From NCBI GenBank assembly GCA_963845085.1, contig CAWJQI010000005.1, positions 256,001 to 320,000 of the forward strand: a stretch of 64,000 nucleotides of DNA, written 5' to 3'. Below, piece by piece: positions 18,832-29,275 of the stretch; position 1 is the stretch's first letter; the number at the start of each line of letters is the position of its first letter. The DNA comes from Candidatus Fermentibacterota bacterium (lineage in GTDB: Bacteria; Fermentibacterota; Fermentibacteria; Fermentibacterales; JCC-6). The notes beneath the pieces are model-generated. The model made no database searches, was not told the origin of the DNA, and saw only the letters and a program-made list of their open reading frames with translations. A program made the position numbers and the translations under genes.

Positions 18832-19788
18832 TTGGCAGCAGCAGGGTTTTACATGCAGGGATATTCCCGGAGGTTTATCATGATGATGTGTCTTGTGCTC
18901 ATCCTGACGGCATCAACCGCGCAGGCAGATGACAATGCGATATGCCTTCACGAGTGGGGCGTGGTGATTTACGACGGGAACACGGCCCGGGCCGTGGGCG
19001 GACCCGGGAGCATCCTCTTCGCGAGGGATGAAGTGCCGATCGAAGCCGAAGCGCCCGTGATAAACATCTACGGCCCGGAGTTCACGGGAGATGTCACCGT
19101 AGCGGCGCTGGGAGCCATTTGCGAGATGTACCCCGAACCCGATGCGGCCGGAGGGCCCGGAATGATGCCCGGAGGACTGGGTTCGTTCATCAGATGGGCC
19201 GGGCTCAGGGCAAGTTCAGGAGACGAGTGCGAGGAGAGCCTGCAGGAATACTCCGCGCAGCCCGTTCCCGCGTTCGCCTACGCCGTTCCGTCGTGGAGAC
19301 CCGCCGACGCCCTCACACTTGAGAGGGCTGACGGGTTCAGCGACAGGTTCCTCTACTACGAGGTGGATGTCACGGGAACCGGGTTTCCCCTCCCCCTGGC
19401 AGGTCATGCAGCCGAAAACGAACCTGTTGCCCGCGAGATCATCGTGCTCCACGGCAACAGCCAGGGCGTGGCGGTCACTTTTGAGCTGCTGCACGGCGGG
19501 GACCCATCCATGGCGGGAACAACGGCGCCGCATCTCTACTCGGGCGCCGAGGTAAGGCAGATCCTCGCAGGATGGGCTTCCGGCACCCTGACCGATCACG
19601 AGATCGATGCCATGTGGGCTACATGGGAGCCCTACATCCTGTCCGACGGGTGGGCGGGGGAAAGCCTGATGATCTTCCCCCTTCCTGGGGAGGTTGTTGA
19701 CAGGATCAGCAGCATCAACGTTGAAAACGATCAGGGATTCCCTGTGACCGTACAACGCTTCTTTCTCGGGATGATGTACCTTCCCTGA
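18832..19788 (+). CDS. Secreted hypothetical protein (HEWG motif)
   Basis: Signal peptide ASTAQA; LHEWG, EAPVI, DRFLYYE; start approximate. Confidence 0.6.
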   Translation: MAAAGFYMQGYSRRFIMMMCLVLILTASTAQADDNAICLHEWGVVIYDGNTARAVGGPGSILFARDEVPIEAEAPVINIYGPEFTGDVTVAALGAICEMYPEPDAAGGPGMMPGGLGSFIRWAGLRASSGDECEESLQEYSAQPVPAFAYAVPSWRPADALTLERADGFSDRFLYYEVDVTGTGFPLPLAGHAAENEPVAREIIVLHGNSQGVAVTFELLHGGDPSMAGTTAPHLYSGAEVRQILAGWASGTLTDHEIDAMWATWEPYILSDGWAGESLMIFPLPGEVVDRISSINVENDQGFPVTVQRFFLGMMYLP

Positions 19789-19791
19789 GCA

Positions 19792-20298
19792 TCAGGCGAA
19801 GAATACCTCGCACTTTTCAAGTCGGGCACCTTCGGACAGCAACACCGTGCCACCGGCCGTTACCTCGGTGTGTTCATCGAAAGGACCCACGCCTGTGAGG
19901 ACGATGGTCGCCCTGTGACGACACATCCCCAGCGTTGACGAGAAGCTGCTCATGCTCATGCTTCCGATGGACCGGTCCCTGACGGGCGGCTGGACGTTGC
20001 CGATGCCGGCGCGCTCTCTGACCAGGATCACGCCCGATGCCATGCAGGTGTATTCGACAACAAGCCCGTACTCGTCTTCACCGCCCTGGAAGCGGATGTC
20101 GAAACGAAGGCAAAGTCGATGCTTTCTTCCGGGCTTCGGAACAAAGGTCAACCTCCATTCGGAGCCGGTTTCCACCCCGACTGATGCAACCGGCTTCCCC
20201 GGCATCCACCGGGATGCGATCAACGCAAGGACAAGAGTCACGGCAAGGACGATCAGAACAAGCGCGAGCTGATCACTGCACAACAGAAGCACAGGCAC
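19792..20298 (-). CDS. Hypothetical membrane-anchored protein
   Basis: N-terminal TM helix; operon position. Confidence 0.5.
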   Translation of the reverse strand: MPVLLLCSDQLALVLIVLAVTLVLALIASRWMPGKPVASVGVETGSEWRLTFVPKPGRKHRLCLRFDIRFQGGEDEYGLVVEYTCMASGVILVRERAGIGNVQPPVRDRSIGSMSMSSFSSTLGMCRHRATIVLTGVGPFDEHTEVTAGGTVLLSEGARLEKCEVFFA

Positions 20299-20304
20299 TC
20301 CCTT

Positions 20305-20739
20305 CTATCGTGGCGGGCACGTGATGCCGTGCTCCCTCAAAAGTTCGGCGGCCGTGTCGCGATAGATCCGGAACCGCATGCCGCCGAGGTGTTTGCCACC
20401 GTACCACCTGGCCACGAGAACGATGCAGTCGACGGCGTTCATGTTTCTCATCACCTCGAGGATGCAGTTACCAGCGCCGCTCTCCCCGCCGTCGCCCCTG
20501 CCCTCGATGCAGCCGTGACGCCGAAGCGCCCAGCTGAGGTGGCTTGCCTTCTCCAGGCGGAACATGTCGGTAAGGGTGCGGACGGCCGAAGCAGGGTCAC
20601 TGTCAGCTTCGACCGGCACCCCGCATGCAAGGAAACGGCTCTGCTTTTCGAGCACCGGGTTGCCTGAAACAGGGCATTTCAGTGTTATCGGGAGCCCCGC
20701 CGAGTGATCACTTTCGCTTTTCCCGCGCACCCGAGCCAC
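20305..20739 (-). CDS. YigZ/IMPACT family protein
   Basis: SRFLA, ASHLSWA.R, DGGESGAG, VARWYGGKHLG. Confidence 0.8.
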   Translation of the reverse strand: MARVRGKSESDHSAGLPITLKCPVSGNPVLEKQSRFLACGVPVEADSDPASAVRTLTDMFRLEKASHLSWALRRHGCIEGRGDGGESGAGNCILEVMRNMNAVDCIVLVARWYGGKHLGGMRFRIYRDTAAELLREHGITCPPR

Positions 20740-21045
20740 CTAGACCAGCAGTACCAGAGTAAAAGCGAAAACGGGGATGTAAAGCACAAGAGAGGTCAGC
20801 GGCGGGATAAGCTGCAGTCGGATGGAACCAGACCCGGAATGCATCATCGCCGCGTTCACAGCCAGCAACCCCGCAAGACCGACGAAAAGCAGCACTTTTT
20901 GGATGGCCGGAAGGAACTGCACAGGTTCCGCGCCGGGTTCGTTCTCGATCCGCCACTGCAGAAGAGCAACGCTGAGGGAGAGAAGGAGAAGGAACGTGAA
21001 GATGCCGGAGCAGACCAGCAGCAACATCCTCCCCTTTCGGTTCAC
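20740..21045 (-). CDS. Small 3-TM membrane protein
   Basis: Three hydrophobic segments; GTG start after upstream stop. Confidence 0.5.
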   Translation of the reverse strand: MNRKGRMLLLVCSGIFTFLLLLSLSVALLQWRIENEPGAEPVQFLPAIQKVLLFVGLAGLLAVNAAMMHSGSGSIRLQLIPPLTSLVLYIPVFAFTLVLLV

Positions 21046-21055
21046 CCAGTGGCCC

Positions 21056-21316
21056 TCACTGCGAGCCCAGGATGGAGTCAACGGCGTGGACGCGTGCGCC
21101 GGCCCCGGCTGCAGCACTCCGTGCGTCGTCAATCACCCCTGTGGGAACCGGTGGAGTGGCAATCCCGTTGATCGCTTCCTGCGCTTCGATCACCTCGACG
21201 ACCGTGGAAGCGGGAGTTGCCGCCGTTGAGTCCCCATCCCCCGAATCACCGCATGCACAGAGGAGAACCACTGCAAGAACAGCGGGAACAACGGGTCTCA
21301 AGGCTGCGGTCATCAC
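21056..21316 (-). CDS. Small lipoprotein
   Basis: LCAC lipobox; overlaps upstream stop. Confidence 0.55.
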   Translation of the reverse strand: MMTAALRPVVPAVLAVVLLCACGDSGDGDSTAATPASTVVEVIEAQEAINGIATPPVPTGVIDDARSAAAGAGARVHAVDSILGSQ

Positions 21317-22008
21317 CGGAAGACCGCCTTGATGGCGCCAAAGGTTGCAGCCCGAAGAGTCTGGGGGGCCAGAATGACCTGGAAATTGTCGGCGAGGATC
21401 GATGGAATTTCCTCCTGGTAGAACAAGGCGAAACCGCTGAGACCGCCGCCCAGCCTGTACTGGGAATCAACGATCTGTGCTGTCTGTTCTCCATCGATGT
21501 TCAGGGTGAGCTCAACATCGGAGCCCACGTTCTGAAGGGTCAGCCTGACATTCACCCAGTCATCGGGGGTCACCGTGGGGCCGTATCCGCTGTAAAGCAG
21601 CTCGTAGTCGCCCGTAACGCTTACGTAACCGATATAGGCGTAGGAGAAGGGTTGAAGGAAAACGATCACACCCCCAACGTATGCCTCTCCCGTGGTGATC
21701 TGCAGCCTTGCGACAACGTTTGCCAGGCTGCCCGTGCCGTTTGGATTGAAGTCCATCGAGACCGAGCCGTTGTCCCAGAAGCCCGCCGCAGTGCAGAGGT
21801 AGCCAATGTAGGCCGAGTCGGGGAAGAAAGCCTCAATGACCTGGTCCCCGCCCTGCTCGGTCACCAAAGTGTACCCCCCGGTCTCTTCGCGGGTCCAGTT
21901 GCCGGAGGATTCCGGGTCATCCCCGGGAGTGTAGGATTCAAAGTCGTCAAGGAAGTCACCGAACACAAGCCCGGTGAGAACCATCAGCACCAGCCCTGCA
22001 AGTTTCAT
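21313..22008 (-). CDS. Secreted beta-sandwich (ConA/LamG-like) protein with C-terminal TFGAIK motif
   Basis: Signal peptide, DDFESY...ADNFQV, ends LRAATFGAIKAVFR. Confidence 0.65.
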   Translation of the reverse strand: MKLAGLVLMVLTGLVFGDFLDDFESYTPGDDPESSGNWTREETGGYTLVTEQGGDQVIEAFFPDSAYIGYLCTAAGFWDNGSVSMDFNPNGTGSLANVVARLQITTGEAYVGGVIVFLQPFSYAYIGYVSVTGDYELLYSGYGPTVTPDDWVNVRLTLQNVGSDVELTLNIDGEQTAQIVDSQYRLGGGLSGFALFYQEEIPSILADNFQVILAPQTLRAATFGAIKAVFR

Positions 22009-22376
22009 GCCCCCCCCTTGTCATTTTTCACAGGATATCACAGGTGAATATACTGCAAAGGGACGGCATTCCCCCCGAGCCTGTTACATGATTCCGGAGT
22101 TCAGCCCGCTTCCTGGTGGCAAATGCCCTGAAGAGCGTCGAGGAAACAAGGCACAGAGTTTATTCATTCACCGACACTCCGGTTCTTCATCCCGTTGCAA
22201 ACCGGAGTTTCGGAGTTGCCGAGATCAGGTTCAGTCTTCCCGAACCTGTTCCGGTTGATTGCATAATGATCGTGCGATGGCCTCTGCCCGCTTCGCTGTC
22301 AGTCGCTTCTTGATTCCCCCTGCAATCCCTCATTGTTATACTTGGCAGAAGAACACCTCCTGAAGGGAGCCATGCG

Positions 22377-23501
22377 ATGCTTTACAGGAAGCTCGGGAAG
22401 ACCGGCATCAGCGTTTCGTCACTGGGTTTCGGAGCCATGAGGCTGCCGCATGAACCAGGAGACCCCGAGAGCATTCGCCACGAGGAGGCGCAGGACCTCA
22501 TCTACAGGGCGCTCGACCTCGGCATAAACCTTGTCGACACCGCATGGAACTACCACAGGGAGAAAAGCGAGGCATTCATTGGCGATGTGATTTCGCCCGC
22601 GGAGAGGAAGAGGATACTTCTCTCGACGAAGCTCCCGTGCTGGCTTGTCTCGACGCCTGATGAAGCCCGGCGCCATCTTGACACGCAGCTCTCAAGGCTG
22701 AGAACGGACTGGCTCGACATCTACCTTCTTCACGGTCTGAACAGGAAAAGCTGGGAAAAAATGAAGGCTTCAGGGATCCCCGAGTGGGGCGCCCGCATGA
22801 AGGAAGAGGGCAGGATACGTCTTTTCGGCTTCAGTTTCCACGACCGCTATGAGACCTTCGCCGACATTCTGCCGCATATGGACTGGGACCTCTGCCTCCT
22901 CATGCTCAACTACGTCGACACCGAATACCAGGCAGGGCTGAGGGGTGTTCTGAGCGCTTCTGAAAAAGGCATGGGCGTCATGATAATGGAACCGCTTCGC
23001 GGCGGTTTTCTTGCCGGAAACCTGCCCGGGGAGGTTTCGGCCTGCTTCGGAAACACCCCCTTCTCCCCCGCCGCCCTCGGGCTTCGGTGGGTGTGGAACA
23101 TCCCTGGAGTATCCACTGTGCTGAGCGGAATGGGCAGCATTGCACAACTTGAGGAAAACGCGGCTCTTGCCGACTCGGCGCCTCCGGGATGCCTCAAGCC
23201 GGATGAGCTTGAAGGCTATGAGTGCGCAAGGAAAGCATTCCTGGCACGTGCGGAGATTCCCTGCACGCAGTGCGAATACTGCATGCCATGCCCCGAAGGC
23301 GTGGCGATCCCATGGTGCTTCAACTACTACAACTACTTCACGATGCACGGCGACCTCGAACAGGCGAAGATCCTTTACGGGTTCATCGGTGAAGGTCACG
23401 GCGCACACAGGTGCACCGGGTGCGGGGCATGCCTCGAGAAATGCCCCCGCGGGCTTTCCATACCCGACCTTCTTGCCAAGGTGAAGGCAACACTTGGATA
23501 A
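22377..23501 (+). CDS. Aldo/keto reductase with C-terminal Fe-S domain
   Basis: YRKLGKTG..VS.LGFGAMRL, DTAWNY, STK, LLHG; CTQCEYCMPCP and CTGCGACLEKCP. Confidence 0.92.
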   Translation: MLYRKLGKTGISVSSLGFGAMRLPHEPGDPESIRHEEAQDLIYRALDLGINLVDTAWNYHREKSEAFIGDVISPAERKRILLSTKLPCWLVSTPDEARRHLDTQLSRLRTDWLDIYLLHGLNRKSWEKMKASGIPEWGARMKEEGRIRLFGFSFHDRYETFADILPHMDWDLCLLMLNYVDTEYQAGLRGVLSASEKGMGVMIMEPLRGGFLAGNLPGEVSACFGNTPFSPAALGLRWVWNIPGVSTVLSGMGSIAQLEENAALADSAPPGCLKPDELEGYECARKAFLARAEIPCTQCEYCMPCPEGVAIPWCFNYYNYFTMHGDLEQAKILYGFIGEGHGAHRCTGCGACLEKCPRGLSIPDLLAKVKATLG

Positions 23502-23504
23502 ATG

Positions 23505-23538
23505 GTTGCGGCCGCGCCATCATGGCCGCGGCCGCAAC
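23505..23538. terminator. GC hairpin between convergent genes
   Basis: GTTGCGGCCGCG-N10-CGCGGCCGCAAC. Confidence 0.55.
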
Positions 23539-23551
23539 GGAGAATGATCCC

Positions 23552-24157
23552 CTACTGTTGTGTGTAGAGCTTGTTTATGAGAAGCTCGGCGAGTTTTACG
23601 CTGGTCTCGGTCCTGTCCAGTGTCGGGAACACGGCGGGTTCCCAGTCGATGATGAAGCAGAGGTCGCCGCGAAGGCCGACGAACCTGATGGGCATGCGGT
23701 CGGCCTGAGGCACATCGCCGATGGAGGCGACATCCCAGAGATCACCGGAAACCTCGACGGGGTTGGTGAGATAGCCGAGAGCAAGGTCGTACCCGTCTCT
23801 GCCGCCTGCTATGTCAACCTCGAAACGAACCTTGCTGTAGGGCACACTGCCAATGTTGTAACCGCCGACAGGCCTGCCGCCGGGGGCATTGCTGGCGGCC
23901 TCGGGGAAGGCGGCGAAGCCGGTCATGCCCATGATGGCCTCAACTTCAGCGGGGGTTATGGCATCGGTCATGACCCACCCGGCAGGAAGCACGATGGTGT
24001 CACCGGGCTGCCCGGAAGCGACGTTGTTGGGTGCCGTTTCCGTGGCAACCGGCTCCTCGGTGGCGGTGTTGTCGGTTGTTTCAGGGGCGGGCTGCTCGCC
24101 GCAACCGGTCACTGCAAAAGCCAGCAGAACTGCAATAAGAACCAGGATGACCTTCAT
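23552..24157 (-). CDS. Hypothetical lipoprotein
   Basis: VTGC lipobox; Pro/Thr-rich linker. Confidence 0.7.
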   Translation of the reverse strand: MKVILVLIAVLLAFAVTGCGEQPAPETTDNTATEEPVATETAPNNVASGQPGDTIVLPAGWVMTDAITPAEVEAIMGMTGFAAFPEAASNAPGGRPVGGYNIGSVPYSKVRFEVDIAGGRDGYDLALGYLTNPVEVSGDLWDVASIGDVPQADRMPIRFVGLRGDLCFIIDWEPAVFPTLDRTETSVKLAELLINKLYTQQ

Positions 24158-24238
24158 AGCTTCACCTTTCAGTCAGATGGTTGTTTCGAACCGGGGCTGC
24201 ATGGGAACAAGCCAGTCCCGATTGACAAGTATAATGAC

Positions 24239-27200
24239 TCAAAGGGGATTCTGCATCTCCGGAATGCGCGAATCGGCCCCTCCCAACAAGCCATCGAGCC
24301 TCTGGAGTTTCTGCAATGATTCATCCCCCTCGCCAATCCCGGGTTCAAGCGCGCGCACCCTTTCACGGAAGCTTACGGCTGCGGCATGGTCTCCGCGCAG
24401 AAGTGCTGTTTCCGCAAGCATGCACAGGGCGTTGATCTCTCCCGGTGAGTCACCGCAGCCACGGCACTGCTCAAGCGCAAGTTCGAGCAGAGGTCTGGCT
24501 TCCTCAAACCTGTCCGTGAGCAGCAACAGCTCGGCCAGGCTGTTGAGCGTTTCGCCCCTGTCGCGGGTCTGCCCTATCTCCTGCTGCAGAAGCAGGGATT
24601 TTCTGAGGCAGTCCTCGGCTTCCGCATGCCTCTGAACCCTTGTGAAAAGCCTGCCCAGTTTCGACAGTGTCTGCATCTCGAGAAGCCGGTTGCCCGTGCG
24701 CCTGTAAATCGAAAGCGCCTCCTCATAATGTTCACCCGCGTCGGAAAGCCTTCCGTCGAGCAGCGCGAGTATTCCGAGATTCGCGTGTGCGTTGGCCTCA
24801 CTCTGCATGTTGCCTGTCTCGCGGTTCAGCTCAAGCGCCAAAAGATAGAGCTCCCTTGCGCGATCAATCTCTCCAAGGCAGCGGTGGATGACACCCATGT
24901 TCAGAAGGGTGTTCCCTTCGTACCACCGGTTCCTGGTCTCCCGGCTCAGTTCGTTGGCCGCCCTGAAACAGCTGAGAGCCTCCGGCATGTCGTCCATGTT
25001 CCAGTGGGCTATGCCAAGCGAGTTTATGACCAGGCACTCGGAGTTCCTGTCGCCGATATTTCTGAAAATCCCGAGGGCCTCCTCCAGAAGCGGAAGGCTT
25101 TCCTTCGGCCTGTCCTGCTTGATGCAGAGAGCGGCCATATCCGTGAGAATGCCTCCATGCACGGCCCTGTCGGTCATCCCCGCCGACTCGTTCAATACCG
25201 GTTCGAGGGTCTCCCTTGCCTGATCGAGCTTTCCGGTGAATATCTGCATCCGTCCAAGGCGGGCCTTCGCCATCACCTTCCAGTCTGGCCTGCCGCTTCT
25301 CTCCGCCACGGTGGCCAACTCGCGCAGCTGCCCGGCCTGTTCCTCCCTCCGGGCGAGAAGGCCCAGAAATTTCTCCCTCATCATCATCACCTCGAAGAGG
25401 GAGTTGTCCCTGTATGAGCTTCCGGGCTGTGTTCCGATCCACTCCGTCAAACGGTCGGCGACCGCGAGCCCTTCCTCGTTCAGGTAGTTCGCGTCGCAGT
25501 GGGAGAGGGCGCGGAGCCCCCATTCAATGGCCTTGCCGATGTTGCCCGCGAGGCTCCAGTGATTTGAGAGCACACCGGCCATATCACCTCCCGCACATTC
25601 GGGATCGCCCTCCAGAGCCTCGGCGGCGTACCTGTGAAGAAGCGTCCTGTTCCGATGGAGAAGCATCTCGTATGAGGCATCCCGGATGAGAATGTGCGAG
25701 AAACGCCAGACCGGCTCATGCCGGCTGCCCGCTTCGCTGAGGAAACCGCGCCTGCAAAGCTCCCGCAGACAGCCGTCGTAAGCTCCCCCCGCTCCGCCGG
25801 TCATTCCTGCCACCTTCATAAAGAGCCCCTCGCTGAACTCGGCTCCCAGCACTGAGGCGATGAGGATCGATGTTTTCAGTTCGGGTAAAAGCCTGTCGAT
25901 CCTCGCCCGAAGGATCCCGCCCAGCGATTCCGGAATGCGGGCTTCCGCCTGATCGCCCGTGGCAACCCATCCCCCGGGGGTCTCGACGAGAAGGCCTCCC
26001 TCGACGAGGTCAAGGATCAGTTCCTCGATGAAGAAGGGATTGCCCCCGGATCTTGCAAGAACGAGGTTTTCGATCGAGGCATCAGCACATCCGTCAAGCA
26101 TGTGCCTGATGATGAGCCGTCCGTCCGCTTCCCCGAGTGCGCCCAGTTCAATGAAGGTCTTAATTGCGGAGGCATGCAATTCCCTTGCGCCCTCTGTGCG
26201 GCTGGAAAGAAGGAAGAGAACCCTCTTCCGGGACTTCAGCCCGGCAAGCAGAAACTCGAGTATCTCATGCGAGGCTGCATCCATCCAGTGTAGGTCCTCG
26301 AGAACGAGCACGAGATCACGGTTCGAGGACGCCGATACGATGAGGTTTCGCAGGCCGATCATCATCTCCCTGCGCCTTGAGTCCTCGTTCATCTCCTTCA
26401 GTGACGTGTCTTCAGGGTCAAGTGAGAAAAGGCTTCGAAGAAATGGAAGCTTTTCCGCAACAGCCGCCTCGGAAGAGGACGGACCGGGTTGCCCGGACAC
26501 CCCGTCTCCGGAGGCAAAAACCGAAGCTGCGTCTTCCATGAGCGTAGTCCAGAGTCCCAATGGCGGCTGTGAAAACGACAGGTTCCTGCCCGTGAGGACC
26601 CGTGGTGGAGAGACCTCCCTGCGAAGCTCCGAGACAAACTCGTGCAAAAGCCTTGATTTTCCTATCCCTGCCTCTCCCATGATCGAAACCACGCCGAAGG
26701 AACCCTCTGAAACACCCGCCCAGGCGGACCACAGCAGAGCCATCTCCCTCTCCCGGCCCAGGAGGGGTGTGCCCGAAATCCGCGCGGCCCGTTCCCAGCG
26801 CTGAACTGGAATCTTCCCGGGACCGGCCGGCTCGAAGGCGTGAACGGGGGCCGTCCTGCCCCTGATGGATATCTCTCCCAGGTCTTTCCAGAGGTAGAAC
26901 TCTCCGCACCTGTCCCTGGCGCTGGAGGATACGATCACACATCCGGGGTTCGCCACGGCTTCGAGCCGGGAAGCCACGTTCACCACGTCGCCGGTCGCCG
27001 TGAGGTGGCCGCAGGCATCGGGAGCGACTATTACCTGCCCGCAGCTCACACCTGCCCTTGCCCCGACCTCGATACCCTCCGCTGAGAGTATGTCGTTGAC
27101 CTTGCCAAGAGCTTCGAGCATCCGAATCGCACAGTCGACAGCCCTGATCGCATCATTGTCGCCCGCCTGCCCCGCCCCGAAGAGCGCCATGATGCGGTCG

Positions 27201-27481
27201 CCCTCCAGCTTGTCAACATAGCCTCCACCGGCGGCGACTATCCCGGAAAATGCCTGCATGATCCCGTTCACGAGCAGATGAACCAGTTCGAAGTCAAGCT
27301 TTTCCGCAAGGGCAGTGAATCCGCTGATGTCAAGGAAAAGAACGGCCACATCGCGTCTTTCGCCGGGAAGCAGATGAGGTGCCTGCAACGGGCGTTCGCC
27401 GGCGTTCCCGGCAATCCTTCCGAGATCGCGCGCAAAGTGATTCTCCAGAGTGTGCAACATGCGCTCCCAAAGCTCCAACAC
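24239..27481 (-). CDS. Class III adenylate/guanylate cyclase + AAA(STAND) ATPase + TPR protein
   Basis: ERRDVAVLFLDISGFT, GDRIMALFG, GDVVNVASRL; GEAGIGKSRL, LEDLHWMD, GGNPFF; C-terminal TPRs; start approximate. Confidence 0.9.
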   Translation of the reverse strand: MLELWERMLHTLENHFARDLGRIAGNAGERPLQAPHLLPGERRDVAVLFLDISGFTALAEKLDFELVHLLVNGIMQAFSGIVAAGGGYVDKLEGDRIMALFGAGQAGDNDAIRAVDCAIRMLEALGKVNDILSAEGIEVGARAGVSCGQVIVAPDACGHLTATGDVVNVASRLEAVANPGCVIVSSSARDRCGEFYLWKDLGEISIRGRTAPVHAFEPAGPGKIPVQRWERAARISGTPLLGREREMALLWSAWAGVSEGSFGVVSIMGEAGIGKSRLLHEFVSELRREVSPPRVLTGRNLSFSQPPLGLWTTLMEDAASVFASGDGVSGQPGPSSSEAAVAEKLPFLRSLFSLDPEDTSLKEMNEDSRRREMMIGLRNLIVSASSNRDLVLVLEDLHWMDAASHEILEFLLAGLKSRKRVLFLLSSRTEGARELHASAIKTFIELGALGEADGRLIIRHMLDGCADASIENLVLARSGGNPFFIEELILDLVEGGLLVETPGGWVATGDQAEARIPESLGGILRARIDRLLPELKTSILIASVLGAEFSEGLFMKVAGMTGGAGGAYDGCLRELCRRGFLSEAGSRHEPVWRFSHILIRDASYEMLLHRNRTLLHRYAAEALEGDPECAGGDMAGVLSNHWSLAGNIGKAIEWGLRALSHCDANYLNEEGLAVADRLTEWIGTQPGSSYRDNSLFEVMMMREKFLGLLARREEQAGQLRELATVAERSGRPDWKVMAKARLGRMQIFTGKLDQARETLEPVLNESAGMTDRAVHGGILTDMAALCIKQDRPKESLPLLEEALGIFRNIGDRNSECLVINSLGIAHWNMDDMPEALSCFRAANELSRETRNRWYEGNTLLNMGVIHRCLGEIDRARELYLLALELNRETGNMQSEANAHANLGILALLDGRLSDAGEHYEEALSIYRRTGNRLLEMQTLSKLGRLFTRVQRHAEAEDCLRKSLLLQQEIGQTRDRGETLNSLAELLLLTDRFEEARPLLELALEQCRGCGDSPGEINALCMLAETALLRGDHAAAVSFRERVRALEPGIGEGDESLQKLQRLDGLLGGADSRIPEMQNPL

Positions 27482-27609
27482 CCGTGACCGATGCCGGTAT
27501 CCCCCCCGGAAAAGACAATACCGGCACCGGCATGCGGAGGTCAATGCTCTCCGGGGCTTCGCCCCCGCTGTGCCCCGGGTTATGTTCACCCCATCGAAGG
27601 GAGTGCGGT

Positions 27610-28164
27610 ATGAATGACCCGGCCCGGTCATGCCCTAAACGCGGGGGAAGGGTTCAGGTCTACACGGGCAATGGCAAGGGTAAAACCACTGCGGCCCTTG
27701 GCCTTGCGGTGCGGTCGGCATGCGCCGGCTGCAGGGTCTACATCGGGCAGTTCATGAAGGGCGGCGAGTACTCCGAGCTTTGCCTTCCTTCACACTTCCC
27801 GGGGCTCATCACCATCGAACAGTACGGAACCCCGCAGCTGATCCCAAAGGGACAGGCTCCCTCCAGGGAAGACCTGGAAGGGGCGAAACGGGGGCTCTCG
27901 CTTCTCATCAAAGCGCTCTCCGGAGGCGAATACGGCCTGGTGATTGCAGACGAACTCAATGTAACGGTTCACATGGGGCTGCTCCCGGTCGGGGATGCGC
28001 TGCAGGTCCTGAGCGCAAGGCCATCAGGGGTTGAACTCGTCATCACCGGCAGGTACGCCCCGAGCGAATTCATCGAGGCCGCCGACCTGGTGACCGAGAT
28101 GGTTGAGATACGCCATTACTACAACACGGAAAAGCTTGCAGCCCGAAAGGGCATCGAATTCTAG
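27610..28164 (+). CDS. cobO: Cob(I)yrinic acid a,c-diamide adenosyltransferase (CobO/BtuR family)
   Basis: VYTGNGKGKTTAALGLA.R, QFMKG, ADE, VITGR, ADLVTEM, ARKGIEF. Confidence 0.92.
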   Translation: MNDPARSCPKRGGRVQVYTGNGKGKTTAALGLAVRSACAGCRVYIGQFMKGGEYSELCLPSHFPGLITIEQYGTPQLIPKGQAPSREDLEGAKRGLSLLIKALSGGEYGLVIADELNVTVHMGLLPVGDALQVLSARPSGVELVITGRYAPSEFIEAADLVTEMVEIRHYYNTEKLAARKGIEF

Positions 28165-28177
28165 GCAGGGGGTTTTC

Positions 28178-29275
28178 ATGTCGGTGCTTTTGTTGTTCCT
28201 CGCATCAGCCATCGAACCGGTTCGCATTGCCGAAAGTGCAGTATCGGTCGTTCCCCTCGATTCCGTCACGGTGCTGCTTTTCGACGAAGATGGCACCGGG
28301 CGCACGCTTGATGTCACAACCGGAATTTCCGGCCCGTGGTCACCCTCGTGGCAGCCAGCCGACGACGGCTGGATCGAGGACGGCTATACTTTCATCCTGG
28401 ACAGAAGCCCGGACGGGCGGTTCATCCTGATGGTCCGCGGCGTGTACGTGCCCGATCAACTCCCGATGCCCGAGGGCATGGAGGGCATGCGCGGAGCAGT
28501 GCTCGCGATGGTGTGCCGCCGGGATGGTTCCGATGCACGGCCTTTGGCGGTGAGCATTCTTGTGGGAGGCGGTCCGGATTTCGCAATTACGTCCGATTCA
28601 CGCTTTCTGATCGGCACTCCGCTTTTCGCCTGCGAACCCACACCGGAAGGGTACACGGCTGCAATTGGCCCGAATGGTGATGAAGACGGCATAGGTATGG
28701 TGAACCGGGTGAACCTCGCCACAGGTGACCGCGAGTTCGACGAGACGCTCGAGCTCTCCGACGGTTTCTGGAAATGCCCCTACAGCGACTGGGCAAGGCT
28801 CGAGAACAACTGGTACGCAGAACATACATTCAGCAATCTCGCAACCGGGGGCGTCGCAGGTTTCTACAGGGTCCCGGAAGGGGAGGCTTCGGTTCAGGGC
28901 TGGGTCAGGGAGGATGCCCTTCTCATGACGACGTGCAGTGGGCAGGGGCTTCTTCACGTTGACGGCAGCTTCGTGCCCTCGGCATCGCCGGATATCTGGG
29001 ATATCGTGTCGTGGCTTCCTGATGGAAGGTTCATCTACAGCACTGACGAGGGTAAAAACCTCCGGCTTGGCCGGGTGGACTGGGATACGTTCAGCCCTGA
29101 CGCCGGGGCTGTTCCGGTGGAGATCCCCGAAGACCTGCTGCTTTATGCAGCCATTCCGATGCCCGGAAGGCTCTGCACCGGGGTTCTGTTCCATGACAGA
29201 TGGGGCGACGGTTCCCTCTGGTTCCTTCCAACGGCCGGTCTGACTGAATCCGGGGCTGGGGGAAATGAACCATGA
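28178..29275 (+). CDS. Secreted hypothetical protein (possible beta-propeller)
   Basis: Short signal; SPDGRF and WLPDGRF repeats. Confidence 0.55.
   Translation: MSVLLLFLASAIEPVRIAESAVSVVPLDSVTVLLFDEDGTGRTLDVTTGISGPWSPSWQPADDGWIEDGYTFILDRSPDGRFILMVRGVYVPDQLPMPEGMEGMRGAVLAMVCRRDGSDARPLAVSILVGGGPDFAITSDSRFLIGTPLFACEPTPEGYTAAIGPNGDEDGIGMVNRVNLATGDREFDETLELSDGFWKCPYSDWARLENNWYAEHTFSNLATGGVAGFYRVPEGEASVQGWVREDALLMTTCSGQGLLHVDGSFVPSASPDIWDIVSWLPDGRFIYSTDEGKNLRLGRVDWDTFSPDAGAVPVEIPEDLLLYAAIPMPGRLCTGVLFHDRWGDGSLWFLPTAGLTESGAGGNEP

Noticed and set aside
22247..22258. TGT-TCC-GGT-TGA (CSG-stop) as another CxxU
   Set aside because: No convincing RBS, protein-like context or SECIS hairpin; lies between divergent genes
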